Assembly (NCBI GenBank): GCA_049664145.1
Contig: JBATES010000123.1
Span: 1-60,731, forward strand
Length of the DNA: 60,731 bases
Origin: Smithella sp.
Lineage (GTDB): Bacteria; Desulfobacterota; Syntrophia; Syntrophales; Smithellaceae
Direction: 5' to 3'
The translations under genes were made by a program, and so were the position numbers. The notes beneath the pieces are model-generated. The model saw only the letters and a program-made list of their open reading frames with translations, had not been told where the DNA came from and did not search any database. Within the stretch, counting starts at the first letter, position 1; each line of letters starts with the position of its first letter. This document shows, one piece after another, positions 10,493 to 20,477 of this stretch.

Positions 10493-10518
10493 GACCGATT
10501 TTATTCTTAACCGGGAAT

Positions 10519-11841
10519 TTAATGGATGTTATTATTTTTCATGATATCCCAGCTTTTCAGAATATCCACCGCGGTTCTGAGTTGGTTGTCTTTGGTTAAA
10601 TCAGAAAGCTCCTTACTGTCCCTGCCTTTGATTTCCTCAATTTTGGTACCGTCCTCTTTGGTCGGCTTGATGTGTCCTTTAAGATCCTTTTCGCGGAGTC
10701 GCTCCTCTTTATCCGCAGCGGTTTCCTTATCTTCCGCAGGAATGATAAACGGAACGGTGATATCGGGCGTGATGCCTTCCGCCTGAATGGACCGTCCCTT
10801 CGGAGTGTAATAACGGGCGGTTGTTAATTTCAGAGCGGAACCGCCTTCCAGGGGAATGACGGTTTGAACCGACGCTTTGCCGAAAGTTTGCATGCCCACA
10901 ATTAAAGCGCGACCGTTATCCTGTAAGGCTCCGGCAACAATTTCCGCGGCGCTGGCTGTGCCTTCATTGACCAGCACAACGATCGGGCAACTGATTTCGT
11001 TATTGTCGTCCTTGGCCATGGACTTTGTTTCCATGCTTTTGGCACGTCCGCGAGTGGAAACAATCATGCCTGACTTCAGAAATACATCAGACACTTCAAT
11101 GGCCTGAGTCAACAATCCACCCGGATCATTTCTCAAATCCAGAACCAGGCCCTTCAGCGGATTATTTTTTTCACTGACTTCTTTCAGGGCCTTGCGTAAA
11201 TCATCAACGGTTCTCTCCTGAAAAGCAGCGAGACGAATATATCCGATGTTGTCTTCCATTTTTTTAACTTTCACGCTCTTGATTTGAATAACGGCGCGTG
11301 TCAAGGTAAAGTCTTTCAGCGTGGTCATGTTTTCCCTCAGAATGGAAATGGTGACCTTCGTATCCTTGGGACCGCGCAGTTTTTTGACAGCTTCTATTGT
11401 CGTAATATCTTTTGTGGATTTCCCGTCAATTTTCAGAATCTGGTCGCCTGATTTTATTCCGGCGTTAAACGCGGGCGTATCTTCGATGGGAGACACCACG
11501 GTCAGAACATCTTTGAGAATCATAATTTCGATGCCGATGCCGCCAAATTGTCCCTGGGTCTCCACTTCCAGTTCTTTATATAACTCCGGTGTCATAAAAG
11601 AACTGTGCGGATCAAGGGACTTCATCATGCCGTTAATGGCGCCCTGCATGAGCGAGGTTGTATCAACTTCATCAACGTAATTTTTTCTGACCATGTCTAA
11701 AACTTCGTTGAATGTTTTAATGTCTTTGTAGAAATTTTTATCTTTAGCGGCAACATTGCCATCGTTACGAAGCCCCAGCAGGGTCAATGAACCCAGACAA
11801 ATAACGGCCAGCAGAAAAAATTTCACCGATATTTTTTTCAT
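10519..11841 (-). CDS. ctpA: carboxy-terminal processing protease (peptidase S41). The ORF opens at 11907; ATG 11841 behind a GAGGA RBS is preferred.
   Basis: Signal peptide, PDZ (GIKSGDQILKIDG), S41 motifs GLVLDLRNDPGG and VLVNEGTASAAEI. Confidence 0.9.
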   Translation of the reverse strand: MKKISVKFFLLAVICLGSLTLLGLRNDGNVAAKDKNFYKDIKTFNEVLDMVRKNYVDEVDTTSLMQGAINGMMKSLDPHSSFMTPELYKELEVETQGQFGGIGIEIMILKDVLTVVSPIEDTPAFNAGIKSGDQILKIDGKSTKDITTIEAVKKLRGPKDTKVTISILRENMTTLKDFTLTRAVIQIKSVKVKKMEDNIGYIRLAAFQERTVDDLRKALKEVSEKNNPLKGLVLDLRNDPGGLLTQAIEVSDVFLKSGMIVSTRGRAKSMETKSMAKDDNNEISCPIVVLVNEGTASAAEIVAGALQDNGRALIVGMQTFGKASVQTVIPLEGGSALKLTTARYYTPKGRSIQAEGITPDITVPFIIPAEDKETAADKEERLREKDLKGHIKPTKEDGTKIEEIKGRDSKELSDLTKDNQLRTAVDILKSWDIMKNNNIH

Positions 11842-11966
11842 TCTATTCCTCACAATGTTGAATATTAGGATTGATTTTCTTATACCACTTTCTTTTATAT
11901 TTTCCATTTCTTTTCAAAGATTATCTGGAAAATACAGAACTTTTTTCCACAAAGGCTTTTGAAAAA

Positions 11967-13448
11967 TTATTCCACCGTCCACGTGGTTCCGGTGGACGTA
12001 TCTTTCAGTACAATATTCATGTCCGCCAGTTCTTTTCTGAGTTCGTCTGCTCTGCTCCAATCTTTATTTTGCCGGGCGGCCTGCCTTTGCCTGACCAAAT
12101 CCTCAATTTTGTCAACGTTCAGCCCTCTTTTGCGCAGTTCGGTTTCTTTATCGGCAAGGACAAATTGGTCGGGATCGCTGCTAAAGACTCCCAAAACACC
12201 GCTGAAATGATCAAAAACCTTTTTTGCCTCCGCGAATATGACGGCTTTTTCCGGTGCGGGCATCTTTTTTTCGTCCACAATAAAGTTATTGGTCAGTCTG
12301 ACCATTTCAAAAACATGGCCCAGGGCCTGGGCGGTGTTGAAATCATCGTCCATGGCTTCATCAAATTTTTCCGCCAGTTTTTTGAATCTGCTCACGTAAC
12401 TTTCCACCTTTTCTGAAATGGCTGACGAAGTCTGACGGGCATCTGATGATAGTTGACTTCGGACTTCTTTGAGAAGCTGTAACGTCCGGTAGCCTCTGAG
12501 CAATCCCGCCCTGGCTTCGGTCAGCGATTCATCGGAATAATCAACCGGACTACGATAGTGGCTCTGCAGCATAAAGAAGCGCAGGACTTCCGGATGGTAA
12601 TTTTTCAGGATTTCTTTCACGGGAAAGATATTGCCCAGCGATTTGGACATTTTCTCCGAATTGATTTTTACGAAACCGTTGTGCATCCAGTAATTGGCCG
12701 GCTGTTTGCCGGTGGCCGCCATCGATTGGGCAATTTCATTTTCATGATGCGGGAAAATCAAATCCTCGCCGCCGCCGTGAATATCGAATGTCTCTCCCAG
12801 ATAACGCCCGCTCATTGCGGAACATTCGATATGCCAGCCGGGACGTCCTTTCCCCCAGGGACTTTCCCAGAAAGGTTCGCCTTCCTTGCTGTTTTTCCAC
12901 AGGGCAAAATCCAGGGGATTTTTTTTCTTATCATTGACATCGACGCGGGCTCCGGCCTGCATTTCTTCCAGATTGCGTCCGGATAAACCGCCATACTGTT
13001 TGAAATCGCTTATTGAAAAATAAACGTCGCCATCCACACTGTAAGCGTACCCTTTTTCTTCAAGACTTTTGATCAGGACAATCATTTCATTCATGTGTTC
13101 GGTGGCCTTGGGCACGACCGTGGGCGTCTGAACCCCCAGCGCCGCCATATCTTCATCGTGGGCTTTAATGTAGCGCTCGGATATTTCTCTGAAATCAACG
13201 CCTTCCCGGTTGGCACGGTCGATGATCTTGTCGTCGATATCGGTAAAGTTTTTGACGTAGGTAACATCATATCCTTTTGCTTTCAGGTATCTGACCACAA
13301 CATCGAAAACCACCGCCGCGCGGGCATGACCGATGTGGCAGACATCATAAGCTGTAATGCCGCAGACGTAAATGCCGACAGCGCCTTCCTTGATGGGCGC
13401 AAAGGCTTCCTTTGTTCTCGTTTTGGTATTGAATATTTTTTGAGACAT
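11967..13448 (-). CDS. cysS: cysteine--tRNA ligase
   Basis: HIGH motif (CHIGHARA), KMSKS motif (KMSKSLGN), CysRS-type anticodon-binding C-terminus. Confidence 0.95.
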   Translation of the reverse strand: MSQKIFNTKTRTKEAFAPIKEGAVGIYVCGITAYDVCHIGHARAAVVFDVVVRYLKAKGYDVTYVKNFTDIDDKIIDRANREGVDFREISERYIKAHDEDMAALGVQTPTVVPKATEHMNEMIVLIKSLEEKGYAYSVDGDVYFSISDFKQYGGLSGRNLEEMQAGARVDVNDKKKNPLDFALWKNSKEGEPFWESPWGKGRPGWHIECSAMSGRYLGETFDIHGGGEDLIFPHHENEIAQSMAATGKQPANYWMHNGFVKINSEKMSKSLGNIFPVKEILKNYHPEVLRFFMLQSHYRSPVDYSDESLTEARAGLLRGYRTLQLLKEVRSQLSSDARQTSSAISEKVESYVSRFKKLAEKFDEAMDDDFNTAQALGHVFEMVRLTNNFIVDEKKMPAPEKAVIFAEAKKVFDHFSGVLGVFSSDPDQFVLADKETELRKRGLNVDKIEDLVRQRQAARQNKDWSRADELRKELADMNIVLKDTSTGTTWTVE

Positions 13449-13468
13449 ATTTCTTCAACCTTTATCAA

Positions 13469-14506
13469 TTATGGATAGAGAGGCGCCATTTGCAGACCGC
13501 TGTCTTCCTTAAATCCGCACATGATATTCATGTTTTGAACGGCCTGTCCCGCGGCGCCTTTCATTAAATTATCGATGGCCGCCATGATAATAACCCGTTT
13601 TGTGCGTGGATCAACCGCGAGACCTATATCGCAGAAATTCGATCCGCAAACCGATGAAATGTTGGGATAGACACCCGGGGGACAAATCCGGACAAATTTC
13701 TCTGCCGCATAAAACGAACTGTAAAGCGCGTGCAGTTCCGCCAGAGCAATATCCTTTTTCAGTTTGGCGTAAATCGTACTCAATATTCCCCGCTTCACCG
13801 GCAGCAAATGCGGCGTAAAGGAAACAGCAAACTTTTTGCCCGCCAGAGCATTCAATTCCTGCTCTATTTCCGGCAGATGCCGATGCTTGCCGACTTTGTA
13901 GGCTTTAAAACCGCCGTCCACTTCACAAAACAGCGATCCGGTCAACGGTTCCCGCCCCGCCCCGCTGACACCCGATGCGGAATCCGCGATAATCGTGGAA
14001 ACATCCAGTATTTTCTTTTTCAGCGCCGGAGCAAGACCCAGAATAATACTGGTCGGATAGCAGCCGGGATTGGCTATTAATTTTGTCTTCCTGATTTTTT
14101 GCCGGTACAATTCGGGAATGCCGTAAACAGCATCCTTGATAAATTTGGAGCTGCTGTGTTTTTGATACCAGGCTTCATAGGTTTTCAAATCTCTCAGCCG
14201 GTAATCGGCGCTTAAATCGATTACCTTCTTGCCGGCCCTGACAAATTCCGGTGCTATCTCCATAGAAACTCCGTGGGGCAGGGCCAGAAAAACAACATCA
14301 CACGAACTGCAAATTTCCTCCGGTGTTGTATTTTGATATTTTAATGAAGTAAAGCCCTGTAGAGCGGGAAAGACTTGTGCCACCGGCTGTCCGGCAAATC
14401 GCCGTGATGTAACCGCAACTAATGTAACTTCAGGATGACCCGACAATATTCTGGTCAATTCCTGCCCGGTGTATCCGCTGGCGCCAAAAATTGCTGCCTT
14501 GATCAT
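13469..14506 (-). CDS. argC: N-acetyl-gamma-glutamyl-phosphate reductase
   Basis: GASGYTGQEL NAD-binding N-terminus, active-site NPGCYPTS, 345 aa. Confidence 0.93.
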   Translation of the reverse strand: MIKAAIFGASGYTGQELTRILSGHPEVTLVAVTSRRFAGQPVAQVFPALQGFTSLKYQNTTPEEICSSCDVVFLALPHGVSMEIAPEFVRAGKKVIDLSADYRLRDLKTYEAWYQKHSSSKFIKDAVYGIPELYRQKIRKTKLIANPGCYPTSIILGLAPALKKKILDVSTIIADSASGVSGAGREPLTGSLFCEVDGGFKAYKVGKHRHLPEIEQELNALAGKKFAVSFTPHLLPVKRGILSTIYAKLKKDIALAELHALYSSFYAAEKFVRICPPGVYPNISSVCGSNFCDIGLAVDPRTKRVIIMAAIDNLMKGAAGQAVQNMNIMCGFKEDSGLQMAPLYP

Positions 14507-14518
14507 AAAAAATCTCCC

Positions 14519-14545
14519 AAAAAAAAGGGAGGCCAGAAGCCCCCC
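14519..14545 (-). terminator. Rho-independent terminator after rpsI
   Basis: On the minus strand: GGGGGGC-uucug-GCCUCCC (7-bp stem including one G-U pair) followed by an 8-U tract, 10 nt after the rpsI stop. Confidence 0.7.
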
Positions 14546-14554
14546 TGTTGGATT

Positions 14555-14947
14555 TTATCGTTTGGAGAATTGGAATCTCTTCCTTGCTCCGGGCTGACCG
14601 TATTTCTTTCGTTCTTTAACCCGGGCATCTCTGGTTAAAAAACCAGCCCTTTTCAGGACGGAGCGTAACTCCGCATCATACTCCAGCAGCGCTTTGGAAA
14701 TTCCGTGTTTTACGGCTCCGGCCTGACCGGCCATTCCGCCGCCGCACACATTGATAAATAAATCAAACTGATCCTTCTTGCCCGTGATATCCAGAGGCTG
14801 CTTAATCAGCATTTTCAGACTGGGACGAGGGAAATAATCATCAAAGGTTCTTTTGTTGACGACAAAATTACCGCTACCCGCCTTCATATAAACACGGGCG
14901 ATAGCGCTTTTTCTTTTACCTGTTGCATAAAATCTTTGTTCCGCCAT
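14555..14947 (-). CDS. rpsI: 30S ribosomal protein S9
   Basis: [19 protein letters not shown] and the C-terminal RKRFQFSKR signature. Confidence 0.95.
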   Translation of the reverse strand: MAEQRFYATGKRKSAIARVYMKAGSGNFVVNKRTFDDYFPRPSLKMLIKQPLDITGKKDQFDLFINVCGGGMAGQAGAVKHGISKALLEYDAELRSVLKRAGFLTRDARVKERKKYGQPGARKRFQFSKR

Positions 14948-14985
14948 GACTTCTCCAATAATAATCTAATTTCTTATCTTCCAAA

Positions 14986-15414
14986 TTAAATGGATAATGT
15001 TTCCGGACACTGTGCTTCATGAATATGAGCATTGCCCGCATAAACTTTCAGTTTTTTCAACATCTTGCGTCCAAGATTGTTCTTGGGCAGCATTCCCTGC
15101 ACGGCTATGCGAATAAGGTTTTCAGGTTTTTCCGCCAGCATTTTTCCGGCAGCAGTCTCCCTCAATCCACCCGGATAACCGGAATAAGAATAATAAATCT
15201 TATCGGTCAGCTTTTTGCCGGTGAGGATAATCTTTTCGGCGTTGACGACGATAATAAAATCACCCGTATCAACGTGGGGTGTATAAATAGCCTTGTGCTT
15301 GCCCCTTAACCGACTTGCTATCTCGCTCGCAAATCTTCCCAGAACTTTGCCCGACGCATCCGCGACGTACCACTTTTGATTAGCCGTTTCGGCTTTTGCC
15401 ATATATGTCTTCAT
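14986..15414 (-). CDS. rplM: 50S ribosomal protein L13 (ORF opens at 15429; ATG 15414 gives the canonical MKTY N-terminus)
   Basis: [41 protein letters not shown] matches the conserved L13 N-terminus. rplM-rpsI order is conserved. Confidence 0.95.
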   Translation of the reverse strand: MKTYMAKAETANQKWYVADASGKVLGRFASEIASRLRGKHKAIYTPHVDTGDFIIVVNAEKIILTGKKLTDKIYYSYSGYPGGLRETAAGKMLAEKPENLIRIAVQGMLPKNNLGRKMLKKLKVYAGNAHIHEAQCPETLSI

Positions 15415-15448
15415 AAAACCACCATACAAATTAAAAATTTAAAGGCGA

Positions 15449-15477
15449 ACTTTATGCAATCTCACTTTGATTGTCAA
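15449..15477 (-). promoter_or_regulatory. candidate sigma70 promoter of rplM-rpsI
   Basis: Minus strand TTGACA (15477-15472), 17-nt spacer, TAAAGT (15454-15449), about 35 nt upstream of the rplM ATG. Confidence 0.45.
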
Positions 15478-15574
15478 GAAAAATGTTTCAAATATGAGCA
15501 ACAAAGTTAAAATCGGCAAATTTGTCCTTCAGTATTCATTAAATTAGTAAAAATCGAGCATATTCAATTGCTTG

Positions 15575-16777
15575 TTACATTTTTTGTGCTGCTTGTTCGA
15601 TTCCTTTTCTGATGCCGTCCAGTTTTTCCTGGCTCATCTTGACGGATATGCCCATGACGAGCGTGCGTCCCAAGATATCTTCGGCGTGTGGAATGTTTTC
15701 CTTCTTGTACTCCACCTTGCCTTTGTAAGTCGGATTGGTGAAGGGATATTTTTGCGAGTTCGCCGTTGATTTCGCCAGAAAATGTTCCCAGTTTGGCACA
15801 TAGTGCCATAAATTTTTCTTGTAGCAGACGGTATCCACGCCTTCAGCGGCCAGCAGGTTTTGGAACTTCTGCGTCTGATCTTCACTCGGCATATTGAATG
15901 CTAAAAATGTGGCGGAATCGCCTTCGGGATCAGGCTTAACGCGGAATTTCACACCGGGCACATTCGCCAGAACGTCCATGATGAACTTCTTGTTTTTCTT
16001 CTGCTCGCCGATGAGGTAATCCAGCTTGCGTAACTGCGCCAGACCCAAGGCTCCCTGGAGTTCATTCATCCGGAAGTTGAATCCAAGAATGGTTCGGCCT
16101 TCCAGCGCGCGGCTGACTTTGGGATTATGATCATGACCGTGGTCGTGATACCATTCCGACCGCAGATAAAATTCTTTGTTATTGGTAATCACCATGCCGC
16201 CTTCGCCGGTAGTGACCGTTTTCACATAATCAAAGCTGAAGGTTCCCATATCGCCGAAACTGCCCAGCTTTTTGCCTTGGAAGCTCGCGCCGCAGCCCTG
16301 GGCATTATCTTCCAGAACCAGCAGCTTATTCTTGCGGGCGACTTCCACAATCTTATCAATGTTGGCCCCCGAGCCGCACATATGCACGGGAATGACCGCT
16401 TTGGTGTAGGGTGTCATCTTCTTTTCGATTTCCAGCGGATCGAGATTGAGCGTGTCGTCAATATCGACCATGATCGGAATCGCGCCCACTTCCATAACCG
16501 CTTCATAAGTGGCCAAAAATGTAAAGGCGGGAACCAGCACGTCGTCGCCGGGTCCGACATCCATTGCGGTGAGCGCTATCTGGAGCGCCGTGGAACCGGA
16601 GGTCACGCCCAGCGCGTAGTCGGCGCCGCAATACTTGGAGAACTCCTGCTCGAACTCTCTTACTTTGTAAATTCCTTTTCTTTCCTTATCAAAACCGTAA
16701 CGCATCAGAATGCCCGTCTCGAGAACATCCATGATTTCCTTTATTTCTTCTTTGCCGATCAGTTCTGCTCCAGCCAT
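15575..16777 (-). CDS. DegT/DnrJ/EryC1/StrS-family PLP-dependent aminotransferase
   Basis: GVTSGSTALQIAL, VLVPAFTFLATYEAV, FSFDYVKTVTTGEGG (PLP-lysine region), NFRMNELQGALGLAQL. Confidence 0.85.
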   Translation of the reverse strand: MAGAELIGKEEIKEIMDVLETGILMRYGFDKERKGIYKVREFEQEFSKYCGADYALGVTSGSTALQIALTAMDVGPGDDVLVPAFTFLATYEAVMEVGAIPIMVDIDDTLNLDPLEIEKKMTPYTKAVIPVHMCGSGANIDKIVEVARKNKLLVLEDNAQGCGASFQGKKLGSFGDMGTFSFDYVKTVTTGEGGMVITNNKEFYLRSEWYHDHGHDHNPKVSRALEGRTILGFNFRMNELQGALGLAQLRKLDYLIGEQKKNKKFIMDVLANVPGVKFRVKPDPEGDSATFLAFNMPSEDQTQKFQNLLAAEGVDTVCYKKNLWHYVPNWEHFLAKSTANSQKYPFTNPTYKGKVEYKKENIPHAEDILGRTLVMGISVKMSQEKLDGIRKGIEQAAQKM

Positions 16778-16806
16778 ATCCTTAAAACCTTCCTTTCTTA
16801 TAGAAC

Positions 16807-17973
16807 CTATAATGCCTGCGCGTAAATCGCGATCATGTCGTCTTTGGTTATTTTGCGGGGATTATTTTCCAGCGGTCTGGCCACGGTTACCGCCACATCG
16901 GCCAGCGCCGGAAAATCTTTTTCCTTGATGCCGAACTGCGCCAGCGTTTCATGAACGCCACAATCCTCAATCAACGCTTCGACAGCGTCCAGCGCCAGAA
17001 AGGCGGCTTCGCGCACGGGAAGACCTTCCACATTTTCACCCATCGCTTCGGCGATATCCGTAAATTTTTCCAGCGACGCGGATAGATTGAAAGCCATGAC
17101 CGCCGGCAGCAGCATGGTATTGGCCAGGCCGTGTCCAACGCCGTATTTTCCGCCCAACGGATAGGATAGCGAATGCACGGCTGTTACGCCGGCGTTCGCC
17201 AGACCGATTCCGGCGTACAGGCTGCCCAGCAGCATTCTCTCGCGCGCGACAATATTTTTGCCGTCATGCACACAGGAGCGCAGATTTTCAGCAATCAAAG
17301 CGATCGCTTCCAGCGAAAACATCTCGCTCATCGGTGATGAATTCACAGACGTGTATGATTCAATAGCGTGGCACAGAGCATCCAGACCGGTATGCGCCGT
17401 GGGAACAGGCGGGAGGCTCAACGTCAATTCGGGATCGAGCAGCGCCAGTTCCGGATAAAGATACGGGCTGTTCATGCCTTCCTTCTTTTTTAAATTCTTG
17501 CGCAGGAAAACCGCGGTAAAAGTTACTTCACTGCCGGTGCCGGCGGTTGTCGGAATCATGATTTTGGGCAGGCCCGGCTTGGGAACTTTATTGAGGCCGA
17601 GATAATCAGCGGCTGCGCCTTTGTTCGTCGCGATCACGGCAATGGCCTTGGCCACATCCATCGCGCTGCCCCCCCCGATGCCGATAACCAGATCGCACTT
17701 GTCTTTCACGGCAATCTTTGCGCCTTCATCAGCCAGCTCAATGGGCGGTTCGGGCACAACCTTGTCATAAACCGTAAATTTAATTCCTGCCGGAATCAAC
17801 ACATTGGCGACCTTTTCCAGCAAATCCGTTTGGGCGAGATTCTTATCAATCACCACCAGTGGATTCTGGGCATGATGCTCCTTGACATGGCCTGCTAATG
17901 TCAACAATGATCCGTTGCCAAAAACAATTTTTTTGGCGCCGGTAAAAGAAAATGTTTTTCTCATAATGTACAA
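16807..17973 (-). CDS. iron-containing (group III) alcohol dehydrogenase
   Basis: GGGSAMDVAKAIA NAD-binding motif and metal-binding histidines in HAIESY / HSLSYPLGGKYGVGHGLAN. Confidence 0.85.
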   Translation of the reverse strand: MYIMRKTFSFTGAKKIVFGNGSLLTLAGHVKEHHAQNPLVVIDKNLAQTDLLEKVANVLIPAGIKFTVYDKVVPEPPIELADEGAKIAVKDKCDLVIGIGGGSAMDVAKAIAVIATNKGAAADYLGLNKVPKPGLPKIMIPTTAGTGSEVTFTAVFLRKNLKKKEGMNSPYLYPELALLDPELTLSLPPVPTAHTGLDALCHAIESYTSVNSSPMSEMFSLEAIALIAENLRSCVHDGKNIVARERMLLGSLYAGIGLANAGVTAVHSLSYPLGGKYGVGHGLANTMLLPAVMAFNLSASLEKFTDIAEAMGENVEGLPVREAAFLALDAVEALIEDCGVHETLAQFGIKEKDFPALADVAVTVARPLENNPRKITKDDMIAIYAQAL

Positions 17974-18052
17974 CCTCCAGAGGTTTCAATTTAAATTATG
18001 TACAGGAAAACCTTACGATAGGCGCAATTCCTATGGGAACTGTCCTGTAAAG

Positions 18053-18790
18053 TCAAGTTTTTTTCTGGTGAGCGTACCACTCCAGATGGCGGCAAATACC
18101 GCGGACAATTTTTACTTCACGCGACAAAATCCCGGCGCGCGCAAAGAAACGGCGCAGATGCATCATCCAATAATCCGGGTTTTCAGGATTCAAAAATCCG
18201 ACATCGTCCAGCAATGTTTTTATTTGACCATACATCCCTTCCAGTTCCTGTGAGCGCGCCAGTTTGGGCGCAACCTCCGTAGAAGAAACCGGAGACGAGG
18301 CAACGAATATTTCGTAGCAGAGAATCATCACGGCGTGAGAAAGATTAAGAGAAGTAAATTCCCGCGATGTCGGAATGGTCACCACGGCGTGACACAAACG
18401 TAACTCCTCATTGGCCAGTCCCGTATCTTCCGGGCCGAAAAGCAGGGCAACTTTGTTCTTCTGCGAAATATCAGCGACCTCCTGAGCGGCCTGACGCGGT
18501 GTCATAAACGGCCCACGCGCCTTGCCCAGACGAGCAGTTGTTCCCACAATGTAATTGAAGCCCCCAAGCGCTTCAGCTGTGCTTTCAACGTATTGAATAT
18601 CATCTAAAACATCAGCCGCCAGGTGCGTGGAGCGCTGCCGCATCTCTTCCGGGTCAAAATCATTGGAACCCGCCACAATAATATTCCGAATCCCCATATT
18701 TTTTGCGGCGCGGCTGATAGCGCCGATATTCCCCGCATATTTCGGTTTATGCAAAACAATGCTGATATTTTTCGTTTTGGCTTTCAACAT
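18053..18790 (-). CDS. trmJ: SpoU/TrmH-class RNA 2'-O-methyltransferase, TrmJ-like
   Basis: SPOUT motifs NIGAISRAAKNMG, LLFGPEDTGL, IPTSREFTSLNLSHAVMILCYE, plus the TrmJ-type C-terminal extension. Confidence 0.7.
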   Translation of the reverse strand: MLKAKTKNISIVLHKPKYAGNIGAISRAAKNMGIRNIIVAGSNDFDPEEMRQRSTHLAADVLDDIQYVESTAEALGGFNYIVGTTARLGKARGPFMTPRQAAQEVADISQKNKVALLFGPEDTGLANEELRLCHAVVTIPTSREFTSLNLSHAVMILCYEIFVASSPVSSTEVAPKLARSQELEGMYGQIKTLLDDVGFLNPENPDYWMMHLRRFFARAGILSREVKIVRGICRHLEWYAHQKKT

Positions 18791-18894
18791 AAATGACTTT
18801 CCTTTCGAAAGAAATCCTTTGCTTAAATATACATCATGCTATTTCCAAATCAACGATGATATGGAGGTTGTAAAACTTTTGCGCAACATGAATA

Positions 18895-18923
18895 TTGACA
18901 AATAAGGTTTTTTAGCACATTAT
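18895..18923 (+). promoter_or_regulatory. candidate sigma70 promoter upstream of the M14 peptidase gene
   Basis: TTGACA (18895-18900), 17-nt spacer, CATTAT (18918-18923). Confidence 0.3.
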
Positions 18924-19041
18924 GACCGTCAATGGAAAGCTAACTTTCTTTTAAAAACTTGCAGCCATACAAAACCGCACAGAAGGGATACAAGCGTTTA
19001 TTCATTGCCCGGTCATTCATAAGCCATAGACTCCAAATCAT

Positions 19042-19986
19042 ATGCAAAAAAGTAAAATCATCCTCTGCTGTGTCGTTCTTGTATTAAGCCTGTTGTCTTT
19101 TTTATGCTTGTCTTACCACAGTTTCTCTTATGATGCTTCTTCACGATATTTGAAAAAATATTTGGATTCACTCGATGTTCAATTTTCCCGTTATGGGTGG
19201 CAAGGCTTGAATCCGCAGAAAATTTCCTGGGAGTATTACCGAACAACAAAAAACCAAAATCCTCTGATCTTTACACATTTTGGCGCCAGCTCAAAAAACT
19301 GCATATTATTTTTGGGCGGTGTGCACGGCGATGAATTGTCCTCTGTTTATCTGATGTTTAAACTTGCCGATTATATGAAAGAAAATCCTGCGCTATTCAA
19401 AGACAAATGCATTATCATCGCGCCGCTGGTTAATCCCGACGGTTTTTTTTCAGCGAATCCCACGCGAACCAATTCCAACAGCGTGGACATCAACAGAAAT
19501 TTCCCTACGAAAGACTGGTCAGGCAAAGCCATCCGACAATGGATGAGCAAGGGTAAGCAGGAGCGCTACTTCCCGGGAAGCAAACCAGCATCGGAGCAGG
19601 AAACATTGTTTCAAATGGCATTAATTAAAAGATACAGACCGCAAAAAATATTGTCGGTGCATTCCCCTCTTAATTTTTTTGATTACGACGGACCTTCGTC
19701 TGATTTGAATTCTTTTGAACAATGGATGGAACAGATTTGCCGGGAAACCAATCATCCTTTAAAAAAATTCGGGTATTTCCCCGGTTCTCTGGGTAATTAT
19801 GCCGGGCATGAACAAAATATTTTCACGCTAACCCTGGAGTTGCCTTCGTCTGATCCCCGGTACGGCAATAATTACTTTCAGAAATTTCAGCCCTCCATTG
19901 TGAAATTTATCAACCTGCCGGTTGTCGGTTATCCGCCCAACATCAGGCTGGTTCATAACAGCAGGCCAACCGGCAAGCATGATTAG
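19042..19986 (+). CDS. M14-family zinc carboxypeptidase (murein peptide amidase-like)
   Basis: Signal/anchor segment, zinc motif GGVHGDELSS, NPDGF, DINRNFP, SVHSP. Confidence 0.7.
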   Translation: MQKSKIILCCVVLVLSLLSFLCLSYHSFSYDASSRYLKKYLDSLDVQFSRYGWQGLNPQKISWEYYRTTKNQNPLIFTHFGASSKNCILFLGGVHGDELSSVYLMFKLADYMKENPALFKDKCIIIAPLVNPDGFFSANPTRTNSNSVDINRNFPTKDWSGKAIRQWMSKGKQERYFPGSKPASEQETLFQMALIKRYRPQKILSVHSPLNFFDYDGPSSDLNSFEQWMEQICRETNHPLKKFGYFPGSLGNYAGHEQNIFTLTLELPSSDPRYGNNYFQKFQPSIVKFINLPVVGYPPNIRLVHNSRPTGKHD

Positions 19987-20339
19987 TTTTCTGCCAGCAG
20001 TTTTTTTAGAAAAGATTGTGTGATGTATCTGGTCAACGTATTCAGATAATGAGGAGCGCGCGCCATCCATGCGCCGATAAAAAAAACAACGCAGGACAGA
20101 GCGTAGGCCGTGGGCCCGCCAATCACGATAAGCAGGGGTTCCTGCCACCAAACCGCGAGGAAACTCAGCGCGGCAATCGCCGGCCACCCCATCATAAAGC
20201 TCAAGGCCATCAAAATCAAACCGGCAATCAGGCGGGGTGTCGGACGCTCCTGAAATTCACTGAGGTCAGCAGGAGGATGCATGAGATTTTGGATATATTG
20301 CTTTCCCGTCAAATATTCTGCAAGTTTTTCACGAATCAT
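19983..20339 (-). CDS. small integral membrane protein, unknown function (ORF opens at 20411)
   Basis: Three hydrophobic segments (LIAGLILMALSFMMGWPAIAALSFLAVWW, LLIVIGGPTAYALSCVVFFIGAWM). No recognisable family. Confidence 0.35.
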   Translation of the reverse strand: MIREKLAEYLTGKQYIQNLMHPPADLSEFQERPTPRLIAGLILMALSFMMGWPAIAALSFLAVWWQEPLLIVIGGPTAYALSCVVFFIGAWMARAPHYLNTLTRYITQSFLKKLLAEN

Positions 20340-20477
20340 TAAACTTCCTGAAAAGAACCTCGTTTGTGCTGACGTCCGCCAACATTTTAAGATATGGGTG
20401 ATGCCATACACGAGACATATTCTTTCTGCAACGGCTTTTCTGGATAAGATATTTTCCGAGCCATTTCTTGACAGAGG

